Source: an uncultured Chitinophagales bacterium (GTDB lineage Bacteria > Bacteroidota > Rhodothermia > Balneolales > HLUCCA01). From it: DNA of 64,000 nucleotides. Under the pieces are notes generated by a model, which saw only the letters and a program-made list of their open reading frames with translations, did no database searches and was not told the DNA's origin. A program made the position numbers and the translations under genes. The DNA lies in assembly GCA_964509715.1 (NCBI GenBank), contig CAZDYD010000001.1, positions 99 through 64,098 of the forward strand, in the 5' to 3' direction. Shown one piece after another: positions 48,836-57,260 of the stretch (position 1 is its first letter; every line of letters begins with the position of its first letter).

Positions 48836-49600
48836 TTACCAAGGTAACTGACTTTTAGCAATTTCAAGATCGGCATGATCATCAACCTCAACCCAACCCC
48901 GGTGAATGGATCGATAATGCAGTTTACCTTTTGATGCCAAATGATTTAACAAATCTGTCATATATGCCATGTCCAACGTTCGACTACTATTCCAAGCATT
49001 ACTTATTTGATTCCCATCGTTTTTTGCATTCTCATATTCGGCACGAACGATCTCACATCCTTTTGAACTCAATTTGATCAAACCTATGTATTGTCCCTGT
49101 ATTTCATTGATGTCCTTTGTTTTACTTCCCAACGACAGTACCCTGCCCTCGGGACCCTTAATAAACGTTTCAGCATCGCTCAATGGATCATCAAATCGCA
49201 TCGACCAATACGAGTTCCACTCTTCATCACAAGCAATTACAATATCTCGCTCATCTTCCATCATTGCATTGAGAACTTCTTTTGAATATACAATATCGCC
49301 GTATGCTATAATGACATCACCATACAGTTGATCCTCAGCACAAAACAGGCTACTGATCATATTCGTTGTTTCGTAACGTGGGTTAATAATCTTAGTAACC
49401 CGAGCATCCGTAATTTTTTCCTGCTTATATCCCGCGATAACAAAAATGTCCTTTATCCCACATGCTTCCAATACATCCAGATGCCATAACAACAATGGAC
49501 GTCCTGCCGCTTCTACCATACATTTTGGCACATGATCTGTATATGGTCTTAATCGTGTTCCTTGCCCGGCGGCAAGAATAATTGAATTAAATGAGCTCAT
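48836..49600 (-). CDS. nucleotidyltransferase (LicC/Cj1416-like cytidylyltransferase fold); candidate CTP:phosphoglutamine cytidylyltransferase
   Basis: It has the N-terminal NTP-binding loop 'ILAAGQGTRLRPYTDHVPKCMV' and is 254 aa. It overlaps the upstream GATase gene by 14 nt. Its stop lies 11 nt before the giant gene's ATG. Confidence 0.7.
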   Translation of the reverse strand: MSSFNSIILAAGQGTRLRPYTDHVPKCMVEAAGRPLLLWHLDVLEACGIKDIFVIAGYKQEKITDARVTKIINPRYETTNMISSLFCAEDQLYGDVIIAYGDIVYSKEVLNAMMEDERDIVIACDEEWNSYWSMRFDDPLSDAETFIKGPEGRVLSLGSKTKDINEIQGQYIGLIKLSSKGCEIVRAEYENAKNDGNQISNAWNSSRTLDMAYMTDLLNHLASKGKLHYRSIHRGWVEVDDHADLEIAKSQLPW

Positions 49601-50261
49601 CTGTCTGTTTGAATACCTGTCTGAATGATTGTATATCTATTGTGTTAAAAATCTCTTCTCTCTCAGGATGCCACATCCAGCCCTCCCATGCCATTTTTTC
49701 AGAACGCATCGCTTCGATTTGATTATCCTCAGAACGGGCTATTACAAGATATCCCTCCGGACACTTACTCAGCGATAATCCATGAAAACTGTTAACATTG
49801 TGGTTAAATTGACCTTTTAAATTGTGTCGGGTTCGAATATGCCCCTGCACCGATTCAAGTTCAACCCCTCCAAAAACACCAAGCATTTGCATGCCCCTGC
49901 ATATCCCAAGTACCGGAAGCCTATGTTTCATCGCAAAGCGTAGTAATACCAACTCCGTGATGTCACGATCGCTACAAGTCCCAATGTCATTCCCTCCCGA
50001 TAATACAATTCCCGAAACATTCTGAGAATTAATAAACTGGAGAAGTTTCGCGGTTTTATTGCGTTTAAGAAGGATCTCGTCTGTCGGTAACCGACCGGGT
50101 CTAACAGTTAATCCATCCGCTTCGACCAATGAGTTAGGAACAGGTATAGCTACATAGCCTGCTACACTTATAAATTGAACCAACGCCTGGTCAAGTGCAT
50201 CACGGCGCTCACCCCGATCAGGGTATTCATCAATTCGTTGTGAAACTAGGAGTACACTCAT
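49587..50261 (-). CDS. class I glutamine amidotransferase-fold hydrolase (peptidase C26 / Cj1417-like); candidate gamma-glutamyl-CDP-amidate hydrolase
   Basis: It has the nucleophile elbow 'LGICRGMQML' and the His/Glu region 'WHPERE'. It is 224 aa. It overlaps the upstream gene by 4 nt. Confidence 0.7.
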   Translation of the reverse strand: MSVLLVSQRIDEYPDRGERRDALDQALVQFISVAGYVAIPVPNSLVEADGLTVRPGRLPTDEILLKRNKTAKLLQFINSQNVSGIVLSGGNDIGTCSDRDITELVLLRFAMKHRLPVLGICRGMQMLGVFGGVELESVQGHIRTRHNLKGQFNHNVNSFHGLSLSKCPEGYLVIARSEDNQIEAMRSEKMAWEGWMWHPEREEIFNTIDIQSFRQVFKQTDELI

Positions 50262-52585
50262 GCTATAACCTCAACCTTACAGTTGGCACAATCAATGTCG
50301 AGTCTCCTCGAATTTGACCAAAGATGGTACTTGGATTCACCTGCACCAATTATGGCTGGCAATCCCAACTCATTCGCTCTGATAGCCATATGGCTGTTAG
50401 CACCACCATAACACGTAATCAAACCGGCGATTTCATGCGAAAACAACCAATCATAACCTGGATCTGCACTTGATATACAAACTATTTTACCGACCAGGTT
50501 TTGGGTATTTTCTGAGCTACAAACTTCGGCATTAATGCGCTGTTGTGTTATGAAATTGGGCTCAGCCTCCGGAAGTTCAAATGCCCAGATATCATGCTCG
50601 GAAGTAAGGAGTGGTGGCAAAACGACCCTGCATGTTCTGGCATATGCTTCCCGTCCACTTTGAATCGATTGTTCCAGAATCTGTTTAGGTTCCACTGATG
50701 AGCGATACATCTCATAAAAAACATCGATACTTGCAAAGGACATATCATCTCTTGTGAATCCATGTAGTTCGCCAAATTCTGCTATCAGTTCAATCGCATC
50801 ACTCAGGTTTCTTGTAAACTCAAACTTAGATGACTCGCGTAATTCAATACCTGCCTGTAGAAACTCAAGGAATCCAATTACATCATTGTCCATTTGATGC
50901 TTCTTGAGCAACTGTTCGATTTTTTTCATCTGATCCAAGCCTAATTTGAATTCAGGTTTTGAATGCTTGCCCTCGCGATCAACATGATCCCAATCAAAGT
51001 AAAGATCGGGAGATTTATCATACCTACTCGACAAAATATCGTAGGTCCCGGGACGCAAGTGACCATATTTTTCGAGGAAATCATCCCGATCCAATCCGGC
51101 AAGATCACGTGGCAACTGACTCGATACCGCATCCAGACTGTTGATAAAGCGATCACTTTCAGCTTGGGTCATCACACCCATTGCAACCAGTGATTTTAAC
51201 AACGAAACCGATATAAAACCCGCTCGAGCTAATCCGGCAAATGGCAACGTTCCATAGCGCTTACAGTCTTCCAGCAGCCAGTATATTCTGGTTATATGAT
51301 CTGTCGTTGCACCGTATAATCTGGACCTGCGTTCAGCCAGTGTCTTTACTCTTTCAGCGTCACCAACCCATAATCCGCTTTTTGCATTGATAATACGATT
51401 TGTAAGCGATCTTAGACTTTCTCTGAGCGAACGGCAATCTTCGTCCGAGAAACCGGATTCTCTTAACCGACTCATCCGGTCATCCAAATCAAAGGTATAA
51501 CAGGTATATACTATTTCAAATTCGACTTTATCATGCAACTGAGGATTAGCTTCCAATCGATCCAGATAGTAATCCACAAGTCTGTCGGCCAGATCCGTAT
51601 CAATATCTTTAGGGATAAATGAATTGAAACTCACCCGCACATCAACGAATGGTTGTCCACCGAAATCTATCAACAAGGGATGACTTCTCAGATTTTTGTA
51701 CCCATAATTGTTACGTTGATATGCCCAAGTAGAATTCGTAATCAACTCCCGGTAAAGAGAAAAAGCAAGGGGACGAGGCCGGGTTCCAATGATTTCGGCA
51801 GGATTCCAATCGGGCATTACACCATAAATTGTACGCCGACCATGCAAAAAAGGGTGCGGTTTAAATCCATCTGATGCTTTTTTTGCTACTTTCTTTAAGA
51901 TTTCACTATGGTCAGTCACATTAAAAACCGACTCTCGCATCACCAATGGACGTGCCTGAAGCAAATAAATCGAACCATCTGCCGTAACTCCAAACTCAAC
52001 ATCCAATGGTTGACCCGGTACAAGTACTTCTAATTCATCCAACAATTTGAGAATAGGTACCAGGTCGTAAGAAACATCATGCTCGGAAGATTTTGCTGAG
52101 TAGAATGTTCGGGTATTTTTCCCGGAGGTTACCGCAGTTGTATCATCTCCATCGGTCCACTCAATAACCCTATAGGGTGCCCCTGTAACTGAATCGGCAG
52201 TAAAAGCTACTCCTGATCTCACTACGTTCTGTAGCATTGGCTGCACAAGAACTTCATCTTTAAGGTCAGCCTGATCACCGAATGATTGTATGACCTTTTC
52301 GATTGCTTTCTTTAGCCCTTCCCTTCCCGAAACATGTAAAACAGAATCATAATAACCTGCCAACGACTCCAGTGCACTATCTTCTGCTACACCACTTGAA
52401 CGCACGATCATGCTTCCCGATGACCAGTCCAAAGATAAAATTCGGTCAAGTATTGCTTGTTCATCCGATTGCCAATCGGCAAGACGAAAATAATACAATG
52501 GCAAAACCTTGCAGGATCGAACTTCGGGAGAGAGCAATTCAAGAGTCCGTGCTTTGGATGCCAGTGTAATTTGTTTATCTGCCAT
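50258..52585 (-). CDS. PEP-utilising-enzyme family phosphotransferase (ATP-grasp N-domain + C-terminal phosphohistidine swivel domain); candidate L-glutamine kinase (Cj1418-like)
   Basis: It has an N-terminal PPDK_N-type region ('MIVRSSGVAEDS', 'VLVQPM'). The swivel motif 'GGANSHMAIRANELGLPAIIG' has its His at residue 732 of 775 (codon 50390-50392). No PEP/pyruvate TIM-barrel domain follows it. Confidence 0.7.
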   Translation of the reverse strand: MADKQITLASKARTLELLSPEVRSCKVLPLYYFRLADWQSDEQAILDRILSLDWSSGSMIVRSSGVAEDSALESLAGYYDSVLHVSGREGLKKAIEKVIQSFGDQADLKDEVLVQPMLQNVVRSGVAFTADSVTGAPYRVIEWTDGDDTTAVTSGKNTRTFYSAKSSEHDVSYDLVPILKLLDELEVLVPGQPLDVEFGVTADGSIYLLQARPLVMRESVFNVTDHSEILKKVAKKASDGFKPHPFLHGRRTIYGVMPDWNPAEIIGTRPRPLAFSLYRELITNSTWAYQRNNYGYKNLRSHPLLIDFGGQPFVDVRVSFNSFIPKDIDTDLADRLVDYYLDRLEANPQLHDKVEFEIVYTCYTFDLDDRMSRLRESGFSDEDCRSLRESLRSLTNRIINAKSGLWVGDAERVKTLAERRSRLYGATTDHITRIYWLLEDCKRYGTLPFAGLARAGFISVSLLKSLVAMGVMTQAESDRFINSLDAVSSQLPRDLAGLDRDDFLEKYGHLRPGTYDILSSRYDKSPDLYFDWDHVDREGKHSKPEFKLGLDQMKKIEQLLKKHQMDNDVIGFLEFLQAGIELRESSKFEFTRNLSDAIELIAEFGELHGFTRDDMSFASIDVFYEMYRSSVEPKQILEQSIQSGREAYARTCRVVLPPLLTSEHDIWAFELPEAEPNFITQQRINAEVCSSENTQNLVGKIVCISSADPGYDWLFSHEIAGLITCYGGANSHMAIRANELGLPAIIGAGESKYHLWSNSRRLDIDCANCKVEVIA

Positions 52586-52640
52586 TAAATTGATACCGTT
52601 TCTTTATTTCAAACATCATTGGTTGTTAACGTGCACACTC

Positions 52641-53171
52641 TCAGACCACACCTAACTCATCAAGTTGACGCAACAATTCAGAAAAAGTCTCTTGTTGTCC
52701 CATAGTGGGATCAAATCGAAGCATAATATCTGGATTCTTTGGGAAGTCTACTTTCAAATCGATACCGGCAACATTATTGATCTCATTACGATCATAACGC
52801 TTATAGATCCCCTTTGAGTCTCTTCGACGTAATTCCTCTACAGGGACATCCAAAAAAATCTCGCAATAACCGGGCAGATGGTCCCGATTCCACTTATGAA
52901 CCTCCTCGAATAGAGAAATTGTTGCGATAGCAACATCAAAACCCTGATCGGCAAGTAGCTTGCACAATTTGGAATATCGAAGCGCCAAGGCTAACCTATC
53001 TTCTCTGGTATGGGCCTTAACAGCTCCTACTACAGCTCTGATTTCGTCTCCATCCAGTTGAACAACAGTCCGACCATGCTCACGTAGGTGTTTCACAAGC
53101 ATACTGCACATAGTGCTTTTGCCGGAATCTGATAATCCGGTTAGCCAGTAAACACGTGCAGAATTCTTCAT
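52641..53171 (-). CDS. APS-kinase-fold nucleotide 3'-kinase (CysC/Cj1415-like); candidate cytidine diphosphoramidate kinase
   Basis: It has the P-loop 'YWLTGLSDSGKST', 'LDGDEIR', and 'FLDVPVEELRRRDSKGIYK'. It is 176 aa. No sulfate adenylyltransferase gene is in the window. Confidence 0.7.
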   Translation of the reverse strand: MKNSARVYWLTGLSDSGKSTMCSMLVKHLREHGRTVVQLDGDEIRAVVGAVKAHTREDRLALALRYSKLCKLLADQGFDVAIATISLFEEVHKWNRDHLPGYCEIFLDVPVEELRRRDSKGIYKRYDRNEINNVAGIDLKVDFPKNPDIMLRFDPTMGQQETFSELLRQLDELGVV

Positions 53172-53221
53172 GATTTCAAATAGTTTATGGATTATAATCC
53201 CTAATAACTGTAATCAATCTA

Positions 53222-53245
53222 ATCACAAAACGATGAATTTGTGAT
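53222..53245. promoter_or_regulatory. perfect 8-8-8 palindrome in the divergent promoter region
   Basis: ATCACAAA-acgatgaa-TTTGTGAT lies about 50 nt upstream of the kinase gene start and about 140 nt upstream of the DAO-like gene. Confidence 0.45.
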
Positions 53246-53385
53246 AGGGTGCAATTTCACGACCTACAAGACCGTCAAACTACGAAGCTTTGAAATAATT
53301 ACCAATTTACATACACCCATTTGAAGTAAAATCAAATCCGTGTACCTTCAGTTTCCGAAACAGTTTATCATTTACTATTCGATCC

Positions 53386-54342
53386 ATGAAATCAATTGCT
53401 ATCATTGGACAGGGCGTCATTGGACTCACCTCGGCCGAGGCATTACTGAATGCCGGTTATCACGTTGACATCATTTCAAAGGATGATTTACCCATGACGT
53501 CATCTATGGGCGCTGGTGCATATTGGTGGCCACATAAAGCCTATCCTCCACAGCGTGTGTCCCGCTGGTCTAAGGTATCCTATGACCGGTATAAGGAACT
53601 ATCCGCTATTGCTGGATCAGGTATATATATGCACGAACATTTCCGTTACTGTATCATTGATGATGAAACGAGATATGCACTGGAGTTGACCGATTCATGG
53701 GAAATCATAGAACAAAAGGATATCCCATTTAACGTTTCAGAAGCTTTCAGATGTATCGTCCCGATTATGGATGTTCCAGTGTTCATGCCTTGGCTCAAAG
53801 CAACCGTACAGAAATTAGGCGCGAGATTTATAACCCGCGAATTATCAAGTCTGGATGAATTGCATGACGAGTATGATATAATGATCAATTGTTCAGGTCT
53901 CGGAGCAAAATCATTAGCCGATGACTCGACGGTTTACCCCATTAGAGGACAAATCCTGAGGATGGAGAAACCAGCAGATTTTTCCAACTCGTTCAGATTG
54001 GTCCACCAACCACCCGGACTCACACTCATTCTGCCCCGTTCTGGTGATCTTTTACTTGGAGGTACCACTTCTGAAAATGATTTCAATACTACACCTTCCG
54101 AAGCCGACACACATGCCATTATTGAAAGATGTGCAAAAGTAGTTCCAGAAGTTCGTGATTTGAAGTTACTTGGTACGAGCGCTGCACTCCGACCTGGCAG
54201 ACCTGAAGTTCGATTAGATGCACAAACTCTGTCAAATGGGTCTGTGGTAATTCATAACTACGGTCATGGTGGATCAGGATACACCGTAGCATTTGGTTGC
54301 GCAGTAGAGGTTCTTGAGATCCTAAAGCACGTTACGAGTTGA
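53386..54342 (+). CDS. FAD-dependent oxidoreductase, D-amino-acid oxidase family
   Basis: It has the dinucleotide fold 'IAIIGQGVIGLTSA' and the DAAO-type C-terminal signature 'HNYGHGGSGYTVAFGCA'. Confidence 0.85.
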   Translation: MKSIAIIGQGVIGLTSAEALLNAGYHVDIISKDDLPMTSSMGAGAYWWPHKAYPPQRVSRWSKVSYDRYKELSAIAGSGIYMHEHFRYCIIDDETRYALELTDSWEIIEQKDIPFNVSEAFRCIVPIMDVPVFMPWLKATVQKLGARFITRELSSLDELHDEYDIMINCSGLGAKSLADDSTVYPIRGQILRMEKPADFSNSFRLVHQPPGLTLILPRSGDLLLGGTTSENDFNTTPSEADTHAIIERCAKVVPEVRDLKLLGTSAALRPGRPEVRLDAQTLSNGSVVIHNYGHGGSGYTVAFGCAVEVLEILKHVTS

Positions 54343-57121
54343 TGGATTGAAACTTACTCTCCAATAGTTGCATACTTTCATCTACACCACTCCAATCCGC
54401 GGGTGCCCCGTTGATCATCAATTGGGCAGATCTTTTGAGGAATATTGATGCGGCTTTGTCTTTGGGATTTTTCTGGAGCACATCATTGAAGTGCACACTG
54501 GCATTTGTGAAGTTCTTGCTATAGAACTCTCTGAGTCCGGCCTCAAAATCATCTTTGGTATTCAACTCGAGCGCCATTTGTTCATCATCATCACCTTCTA
54601 CTACACCGAAAACATCAAGAACCGACTTTTTCCCTTTGACCCTTGTTTTGCCAAGATATCTGAGATGAGGTTGAGCTGATTCGCCAAGTCCATCTTTTAC
54701 ATCAGAACTGATAATAATCCTGTTGTCAAAGAGCTTGGTCAGACCCTCAAGTCGAGAAGCAGTGTTGACGACATCTGAGATTACGGTTCCTTCCATACGC
54801 AATTCTTCGCCAATAATCCCAAGCATCAGTTCTCCGGAATGAATACCCGTTCCGGTAATAATGGGCTCAAGATTTTTAAGGTTACGCTCCTTATTAAGTG
54901 CCTTAAGTGCGGCCGTCATACTAATGGCAGCATCAACCGCGTCTTTCGGTCCACCAGGGAACAAGGCCATGATGGCATCACCGATAAATTTATCGATAAA
55001 ACCACCTTTTTCACGAATCACTGGACTGACCACCCCCAAAAATGCATTGATAAAATCAAATGCTTCTTTTGGTGTCATCTTTTCCGATAGTCTTGTGAAA
55101 TCTTTGATATCGGTAAACATGATCGACATGTTTTGCTGTTCCTGGTCGCCCAGTTTGATGTCAAGTACACTGTCATAACCGAGGAAACCAAGAAATTCGT
55201 GAGGCACAAACCGACTAAACGCATGATTGATCTTGCTAAGCTCAAGATGCGTTTTAATTCGAACCAACAGCTCATCCTTAGCGATGGGCTTGGTAACATA
55301 GTCATTAGCGCCCACTCTGAATGCTTCCAATATATCGGTCACATGATTCTTAGCGGTGAGCATGATGATCGGAAGCTCAATTTTGTCATATTCAAGTCTA
55401 AGCTCAGTGCACACCTCATACCCATTCATCTGAGGCATCATAATGTCAAGCAGGACAACATCGGGAAGATACCCATCTTTGATGGCTTGTAAGGCACTTG
55501 GACCATTAAAGTAGGTGCTCACTTCGTACCCAGCTTTACCAAGTTGAGCCGTCAGTACCTTCACGTTTATGACTTCATCATCAATAACCATGATTTTGAA
55601 CTTGTCGCCAAGACGCGCATTTCGATGCGGACGAATTTGTGTAAGGGCTTTGTTATTGGCGCGTGGTGATATTGAATAATTATCAAATTCGTCGTTGACC
55701 CTAGCCGGTTCCTGGGTAGAATTCAATTGAAAACTAAAAAACGAACCGAATCCCTCGGCCGACTCCATGGTAAGCTTGCTGCCATGGAGCTCAATCAGCT
55801 TATTGCTAATCTTGAGACCAAGTCCCGAATTATGACCACCCACTCCTTGTTGTACGAGCTCACCTTCAAATGAATTCAATATTACTTGAAGATTATTTTG
55901 AGATAAGCCTTTCCCGGTATCTTCAATCATAATTGTGACTTTATCGCCACTTCGATCCACATCAACGGCCACATATCCCTCATCGGTAAATTTCACTGAG
56001 TTCCCGACCAGGTTGTGTAGGATTTGTTCGAGTTTGCCCTCATCCGCTATTACATTCACAAAATCAGTCGGGACATTATTTCTGAGTTCAATCCCTTTTG
56101 TTGACGCCGTTGAAAATTGTAGCGCTAGTACTTTGCTCACAATCGACCTGAGATGGACCGGTGTTTCATTGAGTTGAATGGTTTCATAGCGGATCTTCGA
56201 AAGATCAAGTAAATCATTTAAAAGGTAGGTCAGACGTCGGCCACTTTCAGCGATCAATTTCAGGTTCAAATTGACAGCGGGAGACAGTTCCCCTTCAGCG
56301 CCTTCAATTAATAATTCACTAATACCGATAATACCACCCAATGGAGTTCTAAGTTCATGGGCAACCATTGCAACATGTTCATCCTTCAATCTGTCATTGA
56401 TCATAAGGCGGGCCATTCCCTCACCGGTTGTTTGAGGTTGAGCATCAACTACAGACCGTTGAATATGAGTAGTGCCACCACCATACTGATTCACTATAAG
56501 ATAAGTGAGGCTTAGAACAGATCCACTTACTACAACGTGCATCCCGATTTTTTGATACAGATCAGAAAAATGGATACCAATAAATCCCAATAAACCCAGT
56601 GCAGTTGCGATTACGGTCAGAATCAACATGCTAACTGCTGGCAAATTAGAAGCCCGGTCATCTTTCAATACGTACAAGCTAAAACCTGACGCAAACAATC
56701 CGATAAACAGAAGTATAACTATGGATGCAGCTATGGCAACATCCGTAGACAGAAAGGGTCCCACAATAGTCAGGAAAACGGTAAGACCAAAACACATCGC
56801 CAAATATGTATCGGTGATGCCATTATTCTCGAAGGCACGGGTCAGATTCTTAAGTACCATCAGCAACTGAAAACAGACCGCCGAAGTGATAAAAATGATG
56901 AACTTGTAGGCAGTAAGGGTACTGTAAACCGAATAACTTGAAAATACACCAAGATCGATTATGGCAAGGAATGCACCCGCAAGCAATACAAAGATACTTG
57001 CGTTTAGAAAAATTCCGGTTCTCGATTGAAGGTATCTGAAACCTAAATAAACAGATATGGCTATATGAAGGCCATAAAAAAGACCCTTGCCAACGGCTTC
57101 ATAAAACATTGACTCTAACAT
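54332..57121 (-). CDS. hybrid 7TM sensor histidine kinase - receiver - class III adenylate/guanylate cyclase
   Basis: It has about 7 N-terminal TM helices. The H-box is 'HELRTPL'. The HATPase blocks are 'EDTGKGL' and 'GLGLKIS'. The REC domain reads 'VIDDE..LLDIMMPQMNGYE..LTAK'. The cyclase blocks are 'MFTDIKDFTRLSE', 'GDAIMALF' and 'VVNTASRLEG'. The C-terminus is TPR-like. Confidence 0.88.
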   Translation of the reverse strand: MLESMFYEAVGKGLFYGLHIAISVYLGFRYLQSRTGIFLNASIFVLLAGAFLAIIDLGVFSSYSVYSTLTAYKFIIFITSAVCFQLLMVLKNLTRAFENNGITDTYLAMCFGLTVFLTIVGPFLSTDVAIAASIVILLFIGLFASGFSLYVLKDDRASNLPAVSMLILTVIATALGLLGFIGIHFSDLYQKIGMHVVVSGSVLSLTYLIVNQYGGGTTHIQRSVVDAQPQTTGEGMARLMINDRLKDEHVAMVAHELRTPLGGIIGISELLIEGAEGELSPAVNLNLKLIAESGRRLTYLLNDLLDLSKIRYETIQLNETPVHLRSIVSKVLALQFSTASTKGIELRNNVPTDFVNVIADEGKLEQILHNLVGNSVKFTDEGYVAVDVDRSGDKVTIMIEDTGKGLSQNNLQVILNSFEGELVQQGVGGHNSGLGLKISNKLIELHGSKLTMESAEGFGSFFSFQLNSTQEPARVNDEFDNYSISPRANNKALTQIRPHRNARLGDKFKIMVIDDEVINVKVLTAQLGKAGYEVSTYFNGPSALQAIKDGYLPDVVLLDIMMPQMNGYEVCTELRLEYDKIELPIIMLTAKNHVTDILEAFRVGANDYVTKPIAKDELLVRIKTHLELSKINHAFSRFVPHEFLGFLGYDSVLDIKLGDQEQQNMSIMFTDIKDFTRLSEKMTPKEAFDFINAFLGVVSPVIREKGGFIDKFIGDAIMALFPGGPKDAVDAAISMTAALKALNKERNLKNLEPIITGTGIHSGELMLGIIGEELRMEGTVISDVVNTASRLEGLTKLFDNRIIISSDVKDGLGESAQPHLRYLGKTRVKGKKSVLDVFGVVEGDDDEQMALELNTKDDFEAGLREFYSKNFTNASVHFNDVLQKNPKDKAASIFLKRSAQLMINGAPADWSGVDESMQLLESKFQSINS

Positions 57122-57260
57122 GATTCAGACCAATTGTTTATTTGAGAACTTGCAAGCGGATACATCCATAAAGGCTATACGGGACAGTATGAATCATGCT
57201 GCCCATATTGTTCAGTTTCCTAAGCTAATAAAAAATCCAACAGATTACCTACTAACCGGC

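Noticed and set aside
50258-52585. Reading the 775-aa gene as ppsA (PEP synthase)
   Set aside because: The swivel His motif lies about 40 residues from the C-terminus, and no PEP/pyruvate-binding TIM barrel follows it. This is inconsistent with the PpsA/PPDK domain order.
52641-53171. Reading the APS-kinase-fold gene as assimilatory cysC
   Set aside because: No sat/cysDN, cysH or other sulfate genes are nearby. The gene heads an operon with the glutamine-kinase-like, GATase-like and cytidylyltransferase-like genes. CysC is kept only as the alternative hypothesis to be tested.
53222-53245. Interpreting the TCACA..TGTGA palindrome as a canonical CRP/FNR box
   Set aside because: The half-site orientation and the spacing (TCACA-N12-TGTGA) do not match TGTGA-N6-TCACA. 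It is kept only as a generic dimer-binding palindrome.
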